A DNA stretch of 47,911 nucleotides from Crocinitomicaceae bacterium (lineage in GTDB: Bacteria; Bacteroidota; Bacteroidia; Flavobacteriales_D; Sanyastnellaceae), in NCBI GenBank assembly GCA_040375215.1, contig JBEISW010000001.1:1-47911 (forward strand), given 5' to 3'. The position numbers were made by a program, and so were the translations under genes. The notes beneath the pieces are model-generated. The model ran no database searches and was not told the origin of the DNA. It saw nothing but the letters and a program-made list of their open reading frames with translations. Below, piece by piece: positions 43,317 through 47,911 of this stretch (positions within the stretch are counted from its first letter, which is position 1; every line of letters begins with the position of its first letter).

Positions 43317-44560
43317 TCCTTCAAACAACGCACACTTGAACCAATTTTCTTATCGTACGTTGATTTAAGTACTGCTGCATTTTGATAAAACAAACGAGAG
43401 GCGTGCGCTGTGGTTGTGTTGGAATTGGTTGACGTCCACCATTGACCCAATTGAAGGTTAAACAAATACGTCCCATCTGTAAAACGATACCCTCCAGGTA
43501 ATCCAGTGTAACCGCTTTCATTGGTAGCTCCCAAATTGGGTGAGTTCCAACCATCAATGGTCTTTAGCTTACCACCCGCAACAGACACACCACCTAAATA
43601 ATCCTCCATGGCATTCCATTCAATCGTAGTAGGAACATGCCACCCTGTTGGACATAGCCCTCGACTATCATTGACAGCATACCAGTTGTACAATTTACCA
43701 TAGTTGGTGTTGTTCACATCACTTCCGCCATAGATTCCATAAGCACCATTTGTGGTATTCCAAGATGAGTTGGTTACTGCATTCACCAAAGCATTTCCAT
43801 TTCTATATTTGGTCACGGCCAAGTTTTTCTGCATCCACTCTTGGGTTCCCAAAATAATCGAAGGGTAGAAGTTGCCATCAATGTCTGTAACGCCATTGCC
43901 CTGAACAAAAAGGGAGGGTGTGCCGGCGCAAACGCAATCTACTGTAATGATATCATTGAAGGTGTTAGCGTTGTTGTCATTGCATAAAGCGCCCTCTATC
44001 AAACAACCGCCATCATCCATATTGGCTTGAGGATTGTAATTACAGGCCGCGTTGTCCATACAACCCACAACAATTGGCACATTGTTCGCCGCGCTAATTC
44101 CTGGCACAATAACCACCTCACTTCCGACAAACAATGAATCTCCTGTTTCACTTACTCTAACTGGGACATCGTTGCTATGAAGTGCAAACGGAACGCTCAT
44201 CAACTGTTGCGTTCCTATATCGACGCCGTTCATCAAGACGTGTAAAAACTTGGATCCATTGCCCAAATCAATATTTGCAAATGAACCTTGAACCGGAGAT
44301 CCTTGACCGACAACACAACTTATCAAACCTTGATCATTTGTGGTCAATGCCTGACTCTCTTCATAAACAGCAGAACCATTGGCGGCGCCATCGTGAATCA
44401 TCAAAGTCAAGCTCACTGGAGCATTGACCATAATGCTCCCATCTACATTTCGCATCACCGCTTGGTAAGGAATACCTTGAGGGGATTGGGAATGAACTGA
44501 TGAGGAGAAGTAGAAAAAAGTCATCAATAACATTACACTTTGAAGGAGAGTCTTTTTCAT
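43313..44560 (-). CDS. Secreted FISUMP-domain (Fibrobacter succinogenes major paralogous domain, TIGR02145-type) protein, paralogue 1
   Basis: GKLYNWYAVNDSRGLCPTGWHVPTTIEW...AGGKLK...NESGYTGLPGGYR...WWTST...GSSVRCLKD. Signal peptide from the ATG at 44560. A TATATTTG box lies 18 nt upstream. Confidence 0.8.
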   Translation of the reverse strand: MKKTLLQSVMLLMTFFYFSSSVHSQSPQGIPYQAVMRNVDGSIMVNAPVSLTLMIHDGAANGSAVYEESQALTTNDQGLISCVVGQGSPVQGSFANIDLGNGSKFLHVLMNGVDIGTQQLMSVPFALHSNDVPVRVSETGDSLFVGSEVVIVPGISAANNVPIVVGCMDNAACNYNPQANMDDGGCLIEGALCNDNNANTFNDIITVDCVCAGTPSLFVQGNGVTDIDGNFYPSIILGTQEWMQKNLAVTKYRNGNALVNAVTNSSWNTTNGAYGIYGGSDVNNTNYGKLYNWYAVNDSRGLCPTGWHVPTTIEWNAMEDYLGGVSVAGGKLKTIDGWNSPNLGATNESGYTGLPGGYRFTDGTYLFNLQLGQWWTSTNSNTTTAHASRLFYQNAAVLKSTYDKKIGSSVRCLKD

Positions 44561-44578
44561 TTTTATGGCAATATGAAA

Positions 44579-44586
44579 CAAATATA
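44579..44586 (-). promoter_or_regulatory. -7 box TATATTTG upstream of FISUMP paralogue 1
   Basis: The reverse complement of caaatata is TATATTTG, 18 nt before the ATG at 44560. This supports the shorter start. Confidence 0.4.
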
Positions 44587-44710
44587 AAATTTTCATGGCA
44601 ATGATAAAATAGACCCTTTTGATGACTTTTTACCATTGCTATTCACTCATTTGTTATATAATACAATGTAGCAAGAACCCCAAAGAAAAGTCAACACTCT
44701 CAATCCAAAA

Positions 44711-46012
44711 TCACTCCTTGGCAATCTCCACCTCGGCAACCTTCACACCCATGTTGACATACAGTCTAGCTTTTCCGTCTTCTAAAAATCGAATACGGTA
44801 ATTACCAAAACCAAAATCCTCGAGATCACGCGCGAGCCAATAATTCTCCTCTATCGGAACCAACACTGATCTTATTCCCATTTTAGCATGCTCAATCACA
44901 TATTCTTTCCCTTGCTGACCAATGATAAAACCTTTGCTATAGGCTCCCAAGTGTTTCTTTTCAATCTTCCAATCTCCCTCGTTTTTTTTCAGCATTGATG
45001 AAGCTGTTTCATGAGCCCACTTCATGTTCTGTTCACATTCTGAATCTTGACAAGCTCTCATCAAATCTGCAATAATTAATTCCTGTGCTTTCCAAAAAGC
45101 CAATGATTCTGAAGTGGGAACATCTGGTGTTATTCCTTTTCCTTCAATGGGCGATTCTTGCCCTCCTGTTGGTATAAATACCAAAAAACCTTTATCCAAA
45201 GCCACGCTAGACCCGGAATGCCCTCCCCCCTTGGTTTTCACACCAATAATTCTCGCTCGCTTGGTCGACTGGAGATCATAGCAAAACCCCTCGGCAGCTG
45301 AAAAAGTACCATTACCGGTCAACACGCACAATGGCACGTTTTCCAATCTTGCTGCATTTGATATGTCTTTCTTTATCTCTACTATTTCATTCCAACTAAA
45401 AAACTCTTGATTTAAGCGCGCACTCCATTGTTGCTCATTTAAAAAAAATGAATACAGAAATTCTTTTGTGCGTCCATCTCCACCCCCGTTATTTCTCAAA
45501 TCCAAAACAATAGCGTCAGCATTGGACATCATGTTAATAGCGCCCAACAATACATGCTTGACATCTTCCAATTGTTGAAATTTATTAAGTTTCAAATAAG
45601 CAATATTACCGGTTAAAATTTCAAATTTCTGGACACCAAAATTCACTTTCCTAAACTGTGCTTTCTCAAGAGAGTCAATCAACTCTTCGTTTGATGATTT
45701 AAACATATTGAACTTTTCCATATCGAAATAGAATTTCAAATGTTGATCTCCCGTTTCTCCCATCATGATTGAATTCACCTCTTGGCTAATCGCGCTGGCG
45801 GCTATCGAATCCGTTGTCCATGAATTTTTCATTGTCAACAACCGGGACTCTATCATATCCACTTTGTTGGGGTATAGGTAGTTCTTTCGCAATTCATCAT
45901 TCAACAAATCAATGATGCCAGATGCATCTTTTTTACTCAAAATATTTTGTGCGTTGAGCTCTAAAAAAAACAAATTGCAGAGGAGCGAAAGAAAGTTAAA
46001 CAAGTATTTCAT
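44711..46012 (-). CDS. S41-family serine peptidase (C-terminal processing/tricorn-core-like)
   Basis: Signal peptide. DLRNNGGGDG, LTGNGTFSAAEGF (nucleophile Ser) and IIGVKTKGGG (Lys) motifs. Confidence 0.75.
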   Translation of the reverse strand: MKYLFNFLSLLCNLFFLELNAQNILSKKDASGIIDLLNDELRKNYLYPNKVDMIESRLLTMKNSWTTDSIAASAISQEVNSIMMGETGDQHLKFYFDMEKFNMFKSSNEELIDSLEKAQFRKVNFGVQKFEILTGNIAYLKLNKFQQLEDVKHVLLGAINMMSNADAIVLDLRNNGGGDGRTKEFLYSFFLNEQQWSARLNQEFFSWNEIVEIKKDISNAARLENVPLCVLTGNGTFSAAEGFCYDLQSTKRARIIGVKTKGGGHSGSSVALDKGFLVFIPTGGQESPIEGKGITPDVPTSESLAFWKAQELIIADLMRACQDSECEQNMKWAHETASSMLKKNEGDWKIEKKHLGAYSKGFIIGQQGKEYVIEHAKMGIRSVLVPIEENYWLARDLEDFGFGNYRIRFLEDGKARLYVNMGVKVAEVEIAKE

Positions 46013-46113
46013 TGATTAAAGGTAGTGTTTCTTGGGATGTGGGTTTCGAATATTACTGATAATTTCATTGTTCACCAATTACTACGGGCATTACCCAGCA
46101 TTGTATCTCTGAT

Positions 46114-46448
46114 TTATGCAAATTCCATTGCACATTCTAGAATGGAAATTATTTCTATTCCAATAAAAACTACATGCCCATTCATATCCACGAAGAAAAG
46201 GAGATACGGCATACACCCGCAATTAATTGATGCCTGCAATTTTTGTTGTGTTTTGGAATTTCATTCCAAAACAAATTCACAGTAATACCCATTGGTGATA
46301 ACTCCATTTTTCGGGCAATGCCCTCTCCACAAAAACGTTCTCTATTCTTTGTGAAAATGGCAATGCAATATGCCCCATCATTGTGATAATCCCAATATGG
46401 TCTTCGCAACAATCTATTGCTGAACCTTCGATATCCAATTTTTTTCAC
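46114..46448 (-). pseudogene. Decayed, frameshifted and 3'-truncated RAYT/IS200-like (Y1 HUH) transposase relic
   Basis: The N-terminus YRRFSNRLLRRPYWDYHNDGAYCIAIFTKNRERFCGE...MELSPMG...WNEIP fits the REP-associated tyrosine transposase family. The HUH region survives only in another frame as FFVDMNGHVVFIGIEI (family form is MPNHVHGII). The catalytic-Tyr part is absent. Confidence 0.45.
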
Positions 46449-46586
46449 TTCACAAAAATGAAATGAATTGCATTAAAATACAACCAATAAATTATGGGGA
46501 TATTTCTAATTTTTACCTTGCGTGATAATTCAATAATTCACTTTTACTTGTGACTTACTTTCGAAACTTTATTAAATACTTATGAG

Positions 46587-47780
46587 CTATTCAAACCTCA
46601 CACATCTTACACTAACTCCATCATTTTTAAATGTACCATTTCTGATAACATTTGACTTATCATATCGCAGATTTCGAGTTATTACCGCGTTGAAGTATAC
46701 GTCTTCTGTTGTGCTCAAGAACACACCCTCATTAAACATTTCTAAATACTCAAAACTACTGGTTAAAAAACCTCCTGGCAATGCTGTAAAACCACTAGAG
46801 TTCGATGCTCCTAAATTTGGGTTGGTCCAATTTGTTGTAGATTTTAGCTTTTCTCCTTGATTTGTTCCTCTATCCCCTAATTGCTCTATTAGCCACCAAG
46901 ACATTCCCAACCTACTCTCTAAATACATCCAATCGCAATCTGAAGGAACTCTCCATCCCAACGGACATAGACCTCTCTCATCCATTGCAGCGTACCAATT
47001 ATACAATTTACCATACACCTGATTATATATATTCTCATTCTCGTATATTGCATACGCTCCTTCGGTTGTGGTGGTCCAAGTGGTTGAGTCTAAATCAGAA
47101 AGAATTATTTCTCCATTATTATATTTATCCGTTGTTAAGTTTTCTGTAAACCAACATTGGCCATAAATATCTATCAACCCATAAGTATGTTCATTATAAA
47201 CCATTGACGTTTGACCTTGGCATCCTTTACGACTAATCTCTTGATCATCGCAAGTATCATTTCCTGGTAACAATACTGATCCTGTATTACTTGCTGAAGA
47301 ATTAGAAATACTTATTCCAGGTATGACTACAAAATTCTCATTTCCTAAAAACAACGTATCACCACTTACACTTACGTTTACCGATAATTCTCCTGTCTTA
47401 TTTGCATATAAAGCATATGGCACACTAAGCATTTGCTGGGTGCCCAAATCTACCCCATTCATCTCTACCTGTAAAAATTTTGCTCCTTGTGACCAATCAA
47501 CATCATTAAAATTTCCCAGAATCACTAATCCACCGCCGATTTCACAGTTGATAGAACCTTGTTCACTACTGATAAGAGCGTGACTTTCTTGATATGATAT
47601 TGACCCATCTGATGTACCCTCATGTATTGTAAAAACCATATTTACACTACTATTCTGAAGAATATTTCCGTCTGTATTTCGAAGAACAGCTTGAAAAGGT
47701 ATACCAAATGGGGACTGAGTTGTGGCATCATTTGATACTATAGTAAACAAAAAAATTATGATATTAATTATCTTTTTCAT
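46587..47780 (-). CDS. Secreted FISUMP-domain protein, paralogue 2
   Basis: GKLYNWYAAMDERGLCPLGWRVPSDCDW...GEKLKS...NSSGFTALPGG...GVSVRCVRFE. The N-terminal ~150 aa are collinear with paralogue 1 (GIPFQAVLRNTDGN... against GIPYQAVMRNVDGS...). Confidence 0.8.
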   Translation of the reverse strand: MKKIINIIIFLFTIVSNDATTQSPFGIPFQAVLRNTDGNILQNSSVNMVFTIHEGTSDGSISYQESHALISSEQGSINCEIGGGLVILGNFNDVDWSQGAKFLQVEMNGVDLGTQQMLSVPYALYANKTGELSVNVSVSGDTLFLGNENFVVIPGISISNSSASNTGSVLLPGNDTCDDQEISRKGCQGQTSMVYNEHTYGLIDIYGQCWFTENLTTDKYNNGEIILSDLDSTTWTTTTEGAYAIYENENIYNQVYGKLYNWYAAMDERGLCPLGWRVPSDCDWMYLESRLGMSWWLIEQLGDRGTNQGEKLKSTTNWTNPNLGASNSSGFTALPGGFLTSSFEYLEMFNEGVFLSTTEDVYFNAVITRNLRYDKSNVIRNGTFKNDGVSVRCVRFE

Positions 47781-47911
47781 CTTTTTTCGATAAATATATA
47801 GAAAAAAATGGTACACGGAAGTGTTTTCTCAAATTTACTATTGGGGCGTTTACCTGATTTTTGGATATTGAATAAACCCAAACCGTAAGGAGCTGAGACA
47901 CTTTTCGTTGA

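Overview
This 47.9-kb segment reads as Bacteroidota, probably Flavobacteriia or Cryomorphaceae-like. The evidence is AT-rich DNA (judged by eye, not computed), perfect TAnnTTTG -7 boxes ahead of most transcription units and both tRNAs, a T9SS C-terminal sorting domain, an isolated atpD-atpC pair, the ExbB-ExbD-ExbD-TonB-PstS-like-TPR cluster, a DUF4271-hemD pair, and two FISUMP (TIGR02145-type) paralogues. About 50 tightly packed genes are present, mostly housekeeping: efp, atpDC, gatA, tatA, lpdA, mtgA, an MltD-like gene, ftsX, rluB, hemD, dprA, a polyprenyl synthase and an aldehyde dehydrogenase. There are also tRNA-Cys(GCA) and tRNA-Gln(TTG). I saw no CRISPR array, integrase, intact transposase or rRNA. 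Seven things are not explained by ordinary housekeeping. (1) A translationally coupled vWA(MIDAS) gene plus a 399-aa Cys4/HTH-like gene of unknown family at 965-2796; this is my best candidate for an undescribed module, on thin evidence. (2) A glucosaminidase/LysM cell-wall hydrolase gene split by a -1 frame change exactly at an A10 run (37184-37193). (3) A perfect 12-bp long-range stem that buries the start codon of the MltD-like gene. (4) A 1110-aa membrane-anchored EK-rich/polyQ coiled-coil protein followed by an RsbW-like kinase. (5) A terminal accessory-looking block with two FISUMP paralogues, an S41 peptidase and a decayed RAYT/IS200-like transposase relic. (6) An ABC/FtsX/DUF3299 trio with His-rich loops. 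(7) A 57-aa tatA gene missing from the supplied ORF track. All family assignments come from motif recognition by eye; no searches were run.
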